Shown here: positions 27,172 through 41,798 of the stretch, piece by piece
How positions within the stretch are numbered: position 1 is the first letter of the stretch
How the letters are laid out: each line of letters opens with the position of its first letter
Origin: Octopus vulgaris
Taxonomy: Eukaryota
DNA: 64,000 nt
NCBI GenBank assembly: GCA_951406725.2
Contig: OX597819.1
Coordinates: 82,398,001 to 82,462,000 of the forward strand
Direction of reading: 5' to 3'
Position numbers and translations under genes: made by a program
Notes under the pieces: generated by a model
What the model saw: only the letters and a program-made list of their open reading frames with translations
What the model was told of the DNA's origin: nothing
Database searches by the model: none

Positions 27172-27210
27172 GTCAAAAATATACTGAATCGCTTATGGCA
27201 CCCAAAAAAA
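27172..27210 (+). other. Candidate 39-nt microexon of an unidentified host gene
   Basis: Preceded by tttctttttttttttacag and followed by gtaagt. Length is divisible by 3; open as (G)QKYTESLMAPKK or VKNILNRLWHPKK. Confidence 0.45.
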
Positions 27211-27449
27211 GTAAGTTGAACAATTCTTCTTGCTACTATACTTTTATCTTCCATTTTCTTTTCTTTTTTCTTTTAATTTATTGTATCAATAGAATGAAAC
27301 AGTGGATCTCAATCAGCAGTCAATTTATTTCTGATCTAAATAAAGTTGTACATGGCAGTGGATAAATATATCATAATTGATTATAATACTTTATTATATA
27401 ATCTATATAGTTTATAAAAAAATGATATCATTTTGTTAAGAAAGGTTCA

Positions 27450-29090
27450 ACATCATCATCATCATTTGTTTTCCATATTGGCATGAGTTGGACAGTTTGA
27501 CAGGAGCTGGTAAGGCCGGAAACCACACCAGGCACTTTTGTCTGTTTTGCCATGGTTTCAGAAGTCCTTCCTCATGTCCTTCCTCATGCCAACTACTTTA
27601 CTGACTGTATTGGGTGCTTTTTACATGACACCAGCACTGACAGGGTCACCAAGCAACTTGCAAGACAAACCACCTTGGCTTTAGTAGAATTGAGGCCAGG
27701 GTGGTTCTGTGCCAATGGAGAGATTAAAGTACGGTGAGACAAGGGTAGATATCTTCCTGTAGACAAGGGATATGGATACCCCAGTTGGAAGTGAAAGGAG
27801 ATTAAGTTGGAGAGTAAGATAAAGAAAGCAGATGAGTGGCAAAGTAAGATAAAGAGAGAGAGAGAGAGTAATAGTGAGAGAGATAGAGGCAAAGATGAGT
27901 TGAAATATACCCCAAAGGGACATTGGGGAATGGTGAGAATAAGTGAGATGATACAGACATTTAGAGTGGGTGAATGGGCAGGAAAGAGGTGATTGCAGCA
28001 AATAATGGGGAGAATAAGAGTGGCTGAGGGATGGGAGCTGCAGTAGAGATGTGAAAGCATTGAGGGTGGTAGCAGATAAAAGAGATATTAATGAAGGGGA
28101 ATAACACAGAGGCATTTGAAGAAATCATTTCCCCATGTATCTGGAATATTTATAGCTCTGGCACATCTTCCACATACGAAAAACTACTTACTCTATTAAC
28201 CTTCCTATTATTCCACTGCATCTCTTGTGTGTCCACAGCTTGCATTAGGTACACTGTATAGAATTCCTGGCTACATCTTTCCTACATGTTAAGTAAGGCT
28301 ATTTACATGAATAGTGTAGGTCCTGTCTGTTTTTTTGTTTACTAGAACATTGGTCTTTGCTAAGTTAAAATTAAGGCCCTTTAACTTTAAGTTTTTCTTC
28401 CATGTCTGGAATTTCTTTTCTAGTTCTGTTACAGAATCTGTTGTGAGAACAAGATCATCAGCATGTAGCATTTCACAGGGGTTGCCAGTCTTGAATTGCT
28501 TTGTCATGGCCTGAAGGACAACAATGAATACAAGGGGACTAAGAACTGAACTCTGATGAATGGATACCTGTACACTAAACTCATCACTGTTCTCATGATA
28601 AACTCTCTGACAGAACCTCTTACATGGCCTGTACAGTTTCTACAAGCCACTTGTCTACTACTAGCTTCCACAGAGCCCACCATAACCAAATACTTCTGAA
28701 GTTGTCTTACTATACAGATAACATCAGTAGTGCTTCTCCCCAGCCCATAGCCAAGCTGCATCTCATCTAATCTGATTTCTGTTCCCAATTAATTGGAACA
28801 AAACTTTCACGACCTGTTGCCTCTATAATCACTTCTATTTTCCTTACTCTTGTAGCAGCTGATTATAACCCTACAACACTAGTCACTGGGGATGACACCT
28901 TCCTGTATAACTGATTAACTATATGGGTGACAAGACCATATCCTAGTCCACCAGATATTTTAAGCATCTCAGCAATAACTCCTGACGGGCCAGGAACTTT
29001 CTTGGATTTCATGTCCTTCATAGCCTTATCTATCATACAGCATACAACTTGAATAGCTGGTTCATGTAGAGGAAGCTCTCTTTCTCTTAT
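27450..29090 (-). mobile_element. RTE-clade LINE, 5'-truncated and internally deleted (RT, Cys-rich insert, CT-rich 3' region, (GAT)n tail)
   Basis: KVPGPSGVIAEMLK; MQLGYGLGRSTTDVICIVRQLQ; LHADDLVL (YADD); KGLNFNLAKT; CRKDVARNSIQCT*CKLWTHKRC...CGRC; tail catcatcatc at ~27451. Confidence 0.88.
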
Positions 29091-29094
29091 AGGC

Positions 29095-29300
29095 ATGTGG
29101 ACTGAAACTTTGTGGAAGCGGGGGGGGGGGGTCTAGTCAATTACATCAGCCCCAGTGTTTGACTGGTATTTATTGTATCAAGCTTGAAAGGATGAAGACA
29201 AAATCAACCTCTGCAGTATTTGAATTTAGAATGCAAAGACAGACAAAATGCTGCTAAGTATTCTTCTGTCATGCTAACAATTCTGCCAGCATGATGTCTT
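29095..29300 (-). mobile_element. SINE family B
   Basis: gtcaattacatcagccccagt...gaaaggatgaagacaaaatcaacctc...caattctgccagc. Confidence 0.75.
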
Positions 29301-30310
29301 TGTCATACATATATATTATGTTATGACAGGTGGGAGATGAGAATAGCATGAAAAACTATGATGCTTGCTAAAACTAATAATTATTTAGTCCACATGTTTT
29401 TACATAAAAGTAAGGGAGTGAAAAGCAGAATGCATCACATCAAGCAAATACGTGACAATGCAAGGGTTGGAAATCAAAGATATGATTGTCCAAAAGTTGT
29501 TTGCTAGGTTTCAGTGATGATACAATGGGAAAAGCAATGTAACGTTGGATGATTTTTACGTGATTTTTAAACCACCTGAGTTATATTATCAATATAAGAG
29601 AGCTTTGATGTTTTTATCAGTTAGTCACCTAATTCATTGCTCTGGCTTACAAATTAATTTATACTAATTTATATATGCTACATTAGAAGTCAAGCCTATT
29701 TAATATGTAACAGAATTTGCTGGGTTTTTTTATGCATTCTGAATTCTAAAAGCTAGAAGGTATGGAAAAGCACATGAGTAGAGCAAATGTTGAATATTTT
29801 ATACACACTTAATTTAAAATGCAGGTCAAAGAAAAAGGTTACATCAAAGGGCCTAGTCTTTTACTATGGCAACAGTTTGGGTCATGCCTGATATTACAGA
29901 AATATCATTGACTGTATCCATGAGTGATCTCTGGACTAAAGAAAATGAAATAAGATATTTTATAAATTTGCATAAGTAAATACAATTTTTAAGAAAATTG
30001 TAATAGACATTCAATAAGGAACACATACCTTAGATTAAAACTTATTTAAACACACACACACACAGACATACATATAGTAATAATAATAATTGTAATGATA
30101 ATATCAAAATAATAATAATCCAATATTATATTCACTTATCAGTCACTTAACCGATCAGTTTCACATCAGGGATTGAGATTACCATGGAAATAATCAGAAA
30201 ACGTTGAAAGGAATTGTATGATATAGGGTCTTTGCCACAGGATGTCTGAAAGTTTCCTTTGGTAGTTGGTCTTTTAGCTGTTTCAAGACAGTCTGTATAT
30301 AATTACATTA

Positions 30311-31298
<988 letters not shown>

Positions 31299-31339
31299 TC
31301 TACACACATGGATAAAGTATTTAACATTTTGTACATACA

Positions 31340-32392
31340 TACCGGCATATAACTTTTCACACGCCCTATCCCAAGAAACCGAACTATATCTCCTCTTCTA
31401 AACTGCATCTTTCTCTTCCTCACATTTCCTCTTCATAAACTATGATTACCTTCCAATCTCCTTCCTTGCCCTCACTGTATTGCTGCTTTCCATCACCCCA
31501 TTTTTATACCCAGGTTTTCACCAGTCACTGCAATCCCCATTCCCTACTTGTGCCTTCTTGGCAATACCTGACTGCATATATTATGACCTCTGTATCTCTC
31601 TTTTTCTTACTCTGCCATAACATCTATGCTCTGATCCTTGTTATATCTGAGTATACCCTTCACTTCACCATCTCTCTCCTGCTATCTCTTGCACTTTTGC
31701 TGTTTCCCACTCTCTTTCTCTCTCTCTCTTTCCCTTGCTCTTCCTTCTGGCTGGGTAGCCATGTATCTCCTCTACAGTAGCACACCTGTTTCTGCCCTCA
31801 TTCTTAATTACTCTGTCTCTCCTGCTTTTGCTTTTCTCTCTAACTTGGTTACCAAGTATCTCCTTTACATCAGCACATCTGTCCCCTTTCTTGTTCATCT
31901 CTCTTCCTCTCACTCTCTCTCTCTCCTCTCTGTCTGTCTGTCTCTCTCTCTCTAGGTAACCATGTACCTCCTCTATAGAAAAATACCTGTTTCTACCTCT
32001 CTCTTTCTCTGTCACGCCCTAATTTTTCCTCATTTGACACTGGATCACCTCCTCCAGTGCCCCCTCCATTATAGCAAGACACCTAACCTTTCAACCTCTG
32101 ACACAAGTTGCCTCCTCAAATTCCCCTGCCCTTCTCAAAATTCCTTGTCTTGCAAGTTACTTGGTGACCCTGCCAATGCTGGTGCCACGTAAAAAGCATT
32201 CATCCACTCTGCAGAGTGGTTGGTGTTAGGAAGGGCAGGCATCTAGCCATAAAAACCCTCTAAAACAGCTACAGTAGTCTAGGGTAGTCTTCTACCTGGT
32301 CGACTCTAGTCAAACCATCCAACCCATCCCAGGATGGACAAAGGATGTTAAACAATGATGATGATAATAATGATGATGTTGATGATGATGAC
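31340..32392 (+). mobile_element. RTE-like LINE 3' end (CT-rich region plus (GAT)n tail)
   Basis: Pyrimidine-rich block, then cttgtcttgcaagttacttggtgaccctgcc...gttaggaagggca...(GAT)n. Same layout as 27450-28110 on the other strand. Confidence 0.75.
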
Positions 32393-33318
32393 TCCTTGTA
32401 GCATCTGTAATTTCCAGATTTATCTAATGATTCTGAGAGAAATTATCACACTGCTAGATTCCAATGTCTTCACCATCAATATTTACCATCAAAAGAGGTC
32501 ATTTGTTTTCATTAGTCATAACAAATGATTAGTTCAATATGCCTTACTTGGATTCAAACAAGAGCCTGCTACAGTTTAGATTCAATCTTTCTATTGCAAG
32601 GTCTATTGTAAGTTGCAAAGTATGCATTCAGTTATGTAGTTTCTTCAAGCAAATGTAATAAAGATCAGAGGAAAATGATTGATCTAAAATTTGAGCTTCA
32701 TTTTACTTTTTAAACTAAAATGCAACTCAGACTTTCACTTTTTGTGTGTTCATCACAGAATAATTGAAGTAAAAGTGTAACATTGTATTTGATGTACCTT
32801 GTGCAGACTTTACTCAATGATCTTTATGCTTTTGTCTTTTTTGTTAAATTTTTGGTTATGCTAATATGTAATTAAATTGACAGGGCATAAAAATTCCATT
32901 GTTATGAAAAATTCATTATAATGTGATTACTAAAATCCAATCATAAAGACAGTTTGTTCTGTACATGTGCAAATTCGATAGTCATGCCAGTAAAGAATCA
33001 AAGTTTATTTATCAATATATTAAGCATTTGCAATAACAACATTCCAACTGATTGCATCCTGTCTGTTTTTATGGAATTGGAATGGTTCTATTTTAATCAA
33101 ATTTTTCAAGCATGATTATTGGTAAGAATGAAAGCATTCCAGTAACTATCCCATCATTTTTAAGGAATTTTTCAATTGTCACCATATTACCTTTGTTTAT
33201 GATTTCAGAGATTTTTTTTTTCCACAATGTTAAGAATAAAAGCATTCTCTCTAAGACTCTCCCATCCTGTCTTTTTTCAAACTGAAATTACTATTCAAAT
33301 AGAGACAATAGGAATCAA

Positions 33319-33371
33319 TAAGAGTACATTACAAATCAAAACCAGTAAGAGTACATTACAAATCAAAACCA
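33319..33371 (+). repeat. 27-bp tandem duplication
   Basis: taagagtacattacaaatcaaaacca twice, separated by g. Confidence 0.9.
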
Positions 33372-33637
33372 ATTAAAATAATAAATGCAATTTATGAAGA
33401 ACCACTTCTAAGCTGGTCTGTTTGGCCATATATAGACATCAAATGTTTTCTGAGTACCTGCTACTTCTCCAGTAGTGATTTTGACATGTCTTTTTTGTGA
33501 TCAAGAATACAATGCACTGCTCAGTTTGGGAAGTGAACCCACAATCTAGAGATTTTGAGTGGAACACCTTAACACCTAGAGGTTATATAAGTTGTAATAT
33601 ATACAATATATATATTATATCAAATATATATTATATT

Positions 33638-33792
33638 AGCGTTAGGAAGGGCATCCAGCTGTAGAAACTCTGCCAAATCAATATTGGAGCCTGGTGCAGC
33701 CATCTGGTTCGCCAGCCCTCAGTCAAAATCGTCCAACTCATGCTAGCATGGAACGCGGACATTAATCGATGATGATGATGATGATGATGATG
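33638..33792 (+). mobile_element. Young, 5'-truncated RTE-like 3' tail insertion
   Basis: gcgttaggaagggcatccagctgtagaaac...gctagcatggaacgcggac followed by (GAT)n; CpGs retained. Confidence 0.85.
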
Positions 33793-33847
33793 TCCTCATC
33801 ACCATCTGTCAATATATACATATACTTACATATATTCCTGTAAAATC

Positions 33848-34590
33848 ATATTTAACATGTTTGGATACATTCTGATGTGAGAAGACCTTTGTTTGAGGAA
33901 ATAGTCCCAGGAGAAAATTCTCCTCTTAGATGGTATGTTTAAAAGCACATATTGGCCTGAGAATTACACCACTGGATCATATAACATGTGCATTTCAGTG
34001 TTTCTTCACGTTATCTACTATGAACAGCAAATCTGTTATCCACAGTCTGATAAGAATGATTTTAGTTGTTATTAGAACAACATCTAGCATGCTTTTGATG
34101 TTCATAAAGCTTGGTCAAGCTAGAATTAAATAAAGTTACATGAAGACAGTGTTGAATAGAGTATATTTGTGTGAAGTCATAATAATTACGTTCATGTACA
34201 TTTTCATGTGGAAAGACTTTTCACTGCAGAAATAATCTCAGTGGAAAATTCCCTTCCTATACAATGTGTAGAAACATATATTGAGTTCTGAATGAGATCA
34301 TAGGATTGTAGAATGTATGTGATTCTGCATTCTTTCACATCAACTATAAATACAAAATCTGTTATTCACAGCCCAATATGAATGAATGACATAATTCTCG
34401 GAACAATCTGTGTTTTCATATGTGTTGTCTAAAAGGAGAATTTTCTTCTGAGATTATTTCCACAATGGAAAATCTTATACTGTCAAACATGTTAAATATT
34501 ACTTTATATGAATACATTTCATTCAACACTGCTTCATGCTATTTTATGCATTTAATTCTATCTTGAACAAACGTCTCCAACATTAACAAA
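33848..34590. repeat. Diverged ~340-bp unit: two direct copies and one inverted copy
   Basis: gaaatagtcccaggagaaaattctcc (33898), gaaataatctcagtggaaaattccc (34229) and reverse complement ggagaattttcttctgagattatttcc (34435); aaatctgttat twice. Confidence 0.75.
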
Positions 34591-35127
34591 TGTACTATAT
34601 GCTGTTCCAATAAGAACAAACAGAAACTAATGGAACTTCTATAGTTTATATATAATGAAACTGTAAGTTGGATCTTGATTCAGCTTTTTGATAATTTGAA
34701 ATATATTTTCTTGAAAAATATTATTTTAAAAAGGAATTATTTAATAAACCAAAGGATGGTGATTTGTAATGTTCCTGCAAATAGTATACTATAAATAGTA
34801 TATTAACAATGATTTTCAAAAATTAGTAATCAATGAATGCAGCAATTTTAGAAAAATGAAATTCAAGTCATTAAACTACAGCTGTAGGGAGTGAAATGAT
34901 ATTATGGAAAATAAGTTAGTTAGCACAAAGCATACTTATGAGGCAAGCTTCTGTTTTTATTTATTTAGGATTTTGAAATGAAGGAAACAAGAAATTTTAT
35001 GTATAGTTGTTTTAGGAATCAATAATTTATTCCATTGCTACAATTAGTGCTTTTAATGTTAGAATTTACTTGTTTACAAAGTTATTTTAAAATATTGATA
35101 TTTTCCCATCTTTTAAAAAATACTTAT

Positions 35128-35510
35128 GTAGGCATGGCTGTGTGGTAAGAAGCTTGCTTCTCAACCATATGGTTCCAGGTTCATTCTCATTGTATGGCAC
35201 CTTGAGCAAGTGTCTTCTACTATAGCCTCGGGGCTACCAAAGCCTTGTGAGTGAATTTGGTATATGGAAACTGAAAGAAGCCCATTGTATATGTGTGTAT
35301 GTGTTTGTGTGTCTGTGTTTGTCACCCCACCATTACTTGACAACTGATGTTGGTGTGTTTATGTCCCTGTAACTTAGTGGCTCAGCAAAAAAAAAAAAAA
35401 CAATAGGCTAAGTACTAGGCTTACCAAGAATAAGTCCTGGGGTCAATTTGTTTGACTAAAGGGAGTGCTCCAGCCTGGCTGCAATCAAATGGCCAAAACA
35501 AATAAAACAA
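35128..35510 (+). mobile_element. SINE family A, full length
   Basis: ggctgtgtggtaagaagcttgcttctcaaccatatggttccaggttca...gtcctggggtcaatttg...gtgctccagc. Confidence 0.9.
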
Positions 35511-35769
35511 TAATGAATTATGTGCCTTTATTTTGATGGCATACACCAAGTACCTATTCAAATTCTTAAATGTTCCTTCTTCCTTGAGAGTTTGCTCTAA
35601 CACTGCATCATTACCTTCTTATTTCCCTCAACTATATCTCCTCTATAACAAGGCACTTGTGCTTCTCACTTTATCAACATCTGGCATACAGCCACTCATC
35701 TCTACCATCTCCTCTCAAATAATTCTTAGTAGTGGGAGCTTTTTCTTCCCTTTCCTTCATGGCCACCTG

Positions 35770-35960
35770 ACTAGTATCATTGGCACAAAAACATGCCCAG
35801 TACATTCTGTAAAGTGGTTGATCTTAGGAAGGGCATCCAGCCATAGAAACCATGCCAAAGATGACTTTGAAGCCAAATGCCACCTTGCAGCTTGCTGGTT
35901 CCCTGTTAAATCATCCTACCCATACCAGCATAGAAAGCAGATGTTAAATGATGATGATGT
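35770..35960 (+). mobile_element. RTE-like 3' tail
   Basis: aggaagggcatccagccatagaaacc...gttaaatgatgatgatg. Confidence 0.8.
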
Positions 35961-36507
35961 TTCGTTTTTATAATCTTCGTATAGAATTTAAAGATATCAA
36001 CTGTCTCTTTGTGTATAGTTCATTTTTTTTATTATCATTTGAACAGAAAGGTAACTTAATATAAAAGGTCTTTCCGTTTACTGGAGAAATTTTAGTTAGC
36101 AGAACAGTCTGTAATCTCTTTGTATAAAAATACAGCAGGCAATTACATTGTTATCAAAGAAGATCACTGAAGACTTTTCTTTCATTTATTCAAAGAAACA
36201 TGAATTGAAAGTTGTGAAAAGTTTAGAGATATTTCAGAAAGGCAAAAATAAAATTCCAAATATAATGCTATGGTCCAGTATGTGTATGTATATGTATATG
36301 TGCATATGCACACACACACACACATTGCTTTTGTAGTAACAAAGTGTTTTTTTTATCTATGTTGGTTAGTTAAGGCCATAAGGCATGTATTTTTCTCCAT
36401 ACTTCATTTTATTCAACATCTAGGTCAAAAGAACTTTGTCACTTTCTTTTTCATTTCATTCTGATATTTTTCACTCTTGAACCAATCATCAAACTGTATA
36501 CCCACTG

Positions 36508-36509
36508 AT

Positions 36510-36589
<80 letters not shown>
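36508..36589. repeat. (TA)n microsatellite
   Basis: Seen directly. Confidence 0.95.
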
Positions 36590-36593
<4 letters not shown>

Positions 36594-36965
36594 TTCATTT
36601 TGTCTTGTACCTTCCCTGTCCTCACAATTTGTCTCTTCATCATTTCTGATGGTGAGATCTTGTATACCCTACTTCTTTTCTTTATCATGTGCAATTGTCT
36701 GTACCTTTGGAAGTCTAATCAGTTGTGGACACTGTTGGAATGAATAATAATTATTTAGGTGCAAAAAAACCGTTGCGATTTTCAATTAACAACTGAAAAG
36801 AGGATCAAATTTGTGCATGTCCATTTGAACTATAGCTTTATTTTACCAGCTCATATCCTTATTTTTAACATGTACCACATTTTGTAATGCATGCATGCAC
36901 ACATACACACACACACGCGTGCGCGCGCGCACACACACACAAACAAACAAACAAACATGTATATA

Positions 36966-37160
36966 TGAGGGTAATCCCAAAAGTAAGGTATCCAAAGTGC
37001 TGGAAAACTGCATGCAGCTGTTGGCAACACTGTTGTGTTTGGTGAGCATGCACCTGTACCTGCTCCAGTGTGTGCCTCACTGTCACGCTCAGTCTTGGCT
37101 TGGCAGTTATATCTGATGGAGCTCCTGATTGATGCTCCCGCCAAGTGTGACGTTCACACA
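36966..37160. mobile_element. Probable mariner-type terminal fragment (single TIR)
   Basis: TA|tgagggtaatcccaaaagtaaggt resembles the TA-CGAGG-type TIRs at 48202 and 49984. No partner TIR found. Confidence 0.45.
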
Positions 37161-39118
37161 GTTAGATGAATAAGAATGAGAAGGTGAAGAAGGTACGATG
37201 GGAGAAACTGAGTAATTGAGATGAGAGTAAGGAGTACTTGGAGAAACAGCACTGGAGAAAGAGTAATGGAAAACAGACATTAGTGGCTGATAGCAATGAG
37301 GGAAATGCAGTGATAGTAACTGTACACTTGCCAAATAAATGATAAATAATTGTAGAGGTGGAGAAAAGGGAGCTGATAAATGTCAAAATGACTTGGAGGA
37401 GAGGAAGTGAAGGCTAGCAGTACAAAAGGCTGATGGCATGGACAATTGTGACAGAGATAGTGACAGGGGAATATTGAGTAAGGACGGATCTAAAATCATT
37501 ACTCATTACAGAGGTAGCATTGTACAGTGAAGAGGAAAGAGGGTGAGGACAGAGATAGTGAATGACAAAGAATGTATCAAAGAAGCAGGAAGGGAGTTGA
37601 TGGAAATTTAACAGGGTCAAAATAGGTGGTGAATGGCCTAAATGTAGGTGTATTACATATCCCAGTGTCCATCACTACTACTGTTTTATTTCATTATGCT
37701 TCCATAGGCAGGTGAGACTTTTCCAGCACTATATGGTACCAATCATTGCAGTTCTGTATCATCTCCTTTGTGAGGCTTAGCATCTTAAGAGTAGTCTTCA
37801 ACATTTTGTCCCATATTTTCCAAGGTTTCCCTGAAAAGCAGTTCTGTCCACTTACCCAACATTTAATACTTCAAATATGAAAAGTTTTTATTTCCAATAG
37901 AAATAAAAGAATTTTTATAATTATTGTATTGAAAGTCAGTTACATTCTTAAGTAAATTATATGCTTAGTGTAATGAATACAGTTAATGAGAGAACTGGAA
38001 GCTATAATTTTCTAAACTGCAGGTTTCATAGACATGAGTTAATATTCATGCATCCCTTTTAACAATTAATTCCTTACACACTGAATGTAGATTTTCACAT
38101 TGGATAAATTGCATATAACAAGAAAAATAACGCAAGGTATTAAGGAAGAAAAATTATTTCTTAGGCAAGTAAGTGAAAATTGAATTCAAGTATTTAGGTT
38201 GTATGACTATGAAGTGTTTAACATTTATATTTCTTTGATTGTAAGTAATGTAAACCACTCAGTATTATGTATTTCTATGTGAGTTGATTCTTTCTATTTT
38301 ATGAGTTTCAATTATCTAAGAATATCTTTCTAAGTATACTTTTGTCTATCTCTTTTACTAGATTTGTCTTCTTATCAAATCACAATACACAGCATTTATC
38401 ATCAATTCATCTACAACCAGTGAGGGAACTGCAATATTATTAATTAATCTGCTGAGAATAGCAAACATTTCTTCCTGGATTTATGCCCTACTCCTTTGAA
38501 AAAGGAGGGATAGATTAGATGATATTGTCCTTGATATGCAGTACTGAAGACAAGGATAGTCATTGTCAGAACACCTTTGATCACATGTTTATTCAGTGGA
38601 GACTGATGTGCATCTTAACAACAAGACTAAACCAATGTAATTGTTTCTCCTGCAAATACCAACAAATATTTTTAATATCTGCTTACTTTCCTCACTCATT
38701 TACTTTCAACTTTTTACCACAAGTACATGTTGCTCATCCATTGTGTTACACTCCTTTTTTTCTTCTCAAATTACTGAAGCTTTGCATTAATTAACAATAA
38801 TGAGGAAGAAAATTTATCTGCATAATCAGCAAAAGGGCTTCTTTGATTTGACTTGGTAGAAAAGGCCAAATCTTCTTCAAACTGCACCTAACAGTAGTCA
38901 ATATGAAAAAAAGACTCATTGCATTATGTAGTCCCAGGCATAACACTGAAAAGATGGAATGGTTACAATTGGAGTGCCTCATTAAGCTCAACAAATTCTA
39001 CCAATAATGCTGTCAGTACACTAGTTTGTGTAATGTAAAAGGAATTTCATTTTGTGATAAGTCTTCTTGGATCTCACTGTATTCATTTTGCACTCACCAA
39101 CATGATATTGAATTCCTA

Positions 39119-39375
39119 CATGACAAGTAATAACTCCTCTTCCACTTTGGGATTCTGGTGTTCCTATTATTAATATTATCCATGAAATATTTCATGTCAG
39201 CAATCTATATTTTCCTTTTTGTATTCAGCTATAAAATAGAGGTTACTGCATGACAAGTAATATGGCTTCTCTTATGTTTTGGAGATTCTGGTGCTCCTAC
39301 TATTAACATAATATTTTCTATGTAATATTTCATGTCAACAATCTATATCTTACTTTTACATTCAGCGATAAAATG
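39119..39375 (+). repeat. Diverged ~130-bp tandem duplication
   Basis: catgacaagtaata...gattctggtg...atatttcatgtca.caatctatat...attcagc.ataaaat occurs twice. Confidence 0.85.
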
Positions 39376-41094
39376 TACACAAATTCAAGTCTGCATACAT
39401 GTTTGAACTTCTGTAGTTTTATTTACCCTAACTTGAAGACAAATCATTGATGAATATCCATATAACCAATGAATTTTCAACTAATCCTATTTAAAAGAAG
39501 AAGTAAAACATGCACAGTCTGAACTGTCCTTGTAACACATTCATTCATCATATCGCTTTCTAAATATTCATCAGAGAATCAAAGGTCTTTTATGTGTAGA
39601 TAAATGCTTGATAGAGCTGCAATTTCCCTTGAAATATACCATGTCAAACACATAAACTTCACTCTATCCAACCAGCAATATTATGCACTAAACCTTGATG
39701 GAACTTTTATTACTATCTTCCCAAAGATATTTATTTACTTGAGATTCCAGCAATTTATCCTTTTAGCAATATATCTGTTTATACCCATAACCCTTTCATA
39801 GCTATATTTCTTATTAATTTTGAAAGTAATCAAGAATTTCTAGGGCTTTGTAAAATAATTGATTTTTCATCAATATACGGGTATTTGGAATATAACAAGT
39901 GGGTTTTTTTTCTTTTTTACTTAGAGTTTTAAGAAAATGTTTCAATTTAAATATTAACACTATATAAAATTTAAGACTTTTGTATCATCAAACAAGATGT
40001 GGCCTCAAGCAGGTTGTTATTAAAAGAGGATAGATAGGTGGACAGGTGAAGACTGACTAAAATATTTCTAAGTTCTTTATGATTGTCTTCCTTGCTAGTG
40101 CCTTTCTGAGCTCTGTTGAGGATTAGTTATCACAATTAAATTCATACTTATTATTTAACAAATTTTCATTTGGATACTTTAAAATCTTTTTACGTTGCCA
40201 CTAAGTAAATATAAACACATTCAAATATGTCCTCACATTCAAAGAATTTAATTTATCAGGAATACCTCTCAATATCAAACACTTGTTACTTCTTGTGTCT
40301 TACAATTTAAAAAACATTCTGCTCTATTTTACTAAAAGCTATCACATAACATTTAGAATTTACTTATTCTATATTTATGATTTCCTATGCTTTTTATTTT
40401 TTCGTTTACATGTTTCAATATAGACACATCCTGTATAGTTATGTTTATAACTATATCTCACCATCATGTTATCTATTGTTTTCATTGAGCCACTATTCTA
40501 ACTTAATCAGTTACTGTTGTAGATAGACTAGTAGGTTGTCAATAATATCCTGTTGTTCTCAGCTTCTGTATTTCTGCCTCTGTTGTTGGTATCATATAGA
40601 AGTTATATCTCTAGGAGTGATCTTTTAGCTTTTAAATTTTCATTGTCTTAGTTGTTTGTCTTACATAACTTTCAAATTGATCCCATTAACCACTCATCTA
40701 TGTTGGTGAATGACTTTGTCATAAGGGATATTTTATAATAACAATTTGTCTATTTTCCTGCTCACACTAAAGTCAATCTGACTCAGAAATAGCAAGTATG
40801 GTAACTGTTAAGTAACCAATTGTTTGACAGGCTTTTTGTTAGAGATTTTGCAGATAATAGATTCATTTCCATAAATGAATACCTGCATCATCCATTCCCT
40901 TGTTGCTTGTACTACGGCTTTATCTTACAATATACCAGTGTTTTTTTGTCATTACTGAGGTTTGTTGTCATTACTATCATATAACTGATCATTTTATTTA
41001 TCTGCTAATTCTCTTGGCATCATATATATTATTTTAGTATTTTCATTTTATTTCTCATTCTTTCTATTAAAATTATAGCATATAGTATAAAGAC

Positions 41095-41798
41095 ATAAGT
41101 GTGGCAATGTAATCATGAAGTTTACATCCCAACTATGTGGTGTTGGGTTTAGTACCATTGAGCAAATGCCTTCTACTATAGCCTTGGGCTGACCAAAGTC
41201 TTGTGAGTGGATTTGATAGACAGAAACTGACAAGCTAGCAGAAATGTTAGCACGCCGGACGAAATGCTTAGTGGTATTTCATCTGCTCTTACGTTCTGAG
41301 TTCAAATTCTGCCAAGGTCAACTTTGCCTTTCGTCCTTTCGGAGTTGATAAATTAAGTACCAGTTATGCACTGGGATCGATGTAATCGACTTAATTCCTT
41401 TGTCTGTCCTTGTTTGTCCCCTCTATGTTTAGCCCCTTGTGGGCAATAAAGAAATAAGAAACTGACAGAAGCCTGTTGTATATATGAATATATATGCATA
41501 TATGTATTTATGTGTGTGTGTTCATGTACATGTGTGTGTATGTGTGTGCGTGTGTTCGTGTGTGTGTGTGTGTGTACTCTTATCTCGACATCGTTACAAT
41601 TAAATATCACCACCATACCAGCAATGTTGTTTATTTCTAGTCTTCTGTGAAAAATACATATCAGGCCATAGAGAAATGTTACCTCATATGGAAACAGATG
41701 TGGGCTAGTAGTTGGTGACATGAAGGATATTTAGTTGTAGAAAATTTGCATTAACAAAATTCTATTTGAATTATGCAAGCATAGAAAAGTAGACATTA
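41095..41798 (+). mobile_element. Old composite SINE (family A head, RTE-like tail), host of two younger insertions
   Basis: Head gagcaaatgccttctactatagcc...gagtggatttgatagacagaaactga resumes after 41457; its tail resumes at ~42190 with (GAT)n. Confidence 0.75.
41233..41456 (+). mobile_element. Young SINE family B with 11-bp TSD
   Basis: Flanked by agaaactgaca at 41222-41232 and 41457-41467; CpG-rich. Confidence 0.92.

Noticed and set aside
30130-30300. Possible PLE terminal fragment with ctgatg-tgaaac on the minus strand
   Set aside because: The core is truncated and the stems cannot be built; too degenerate to call.
33319-33371. Short direct repeats (also 55440-55487 and 3033-3083) as a CRISPR-like array
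   Set aside because: Only 2-3 adjacent copies with no regular unique spacers, in a eukaryotic context; ordinary slippage duplications.
36752-36845. taggtgcaaaaaaaccgttgcgattttc resembling a mariner TIR
   Set aside because: Short, degenerate and without a partner end or coding remnant.
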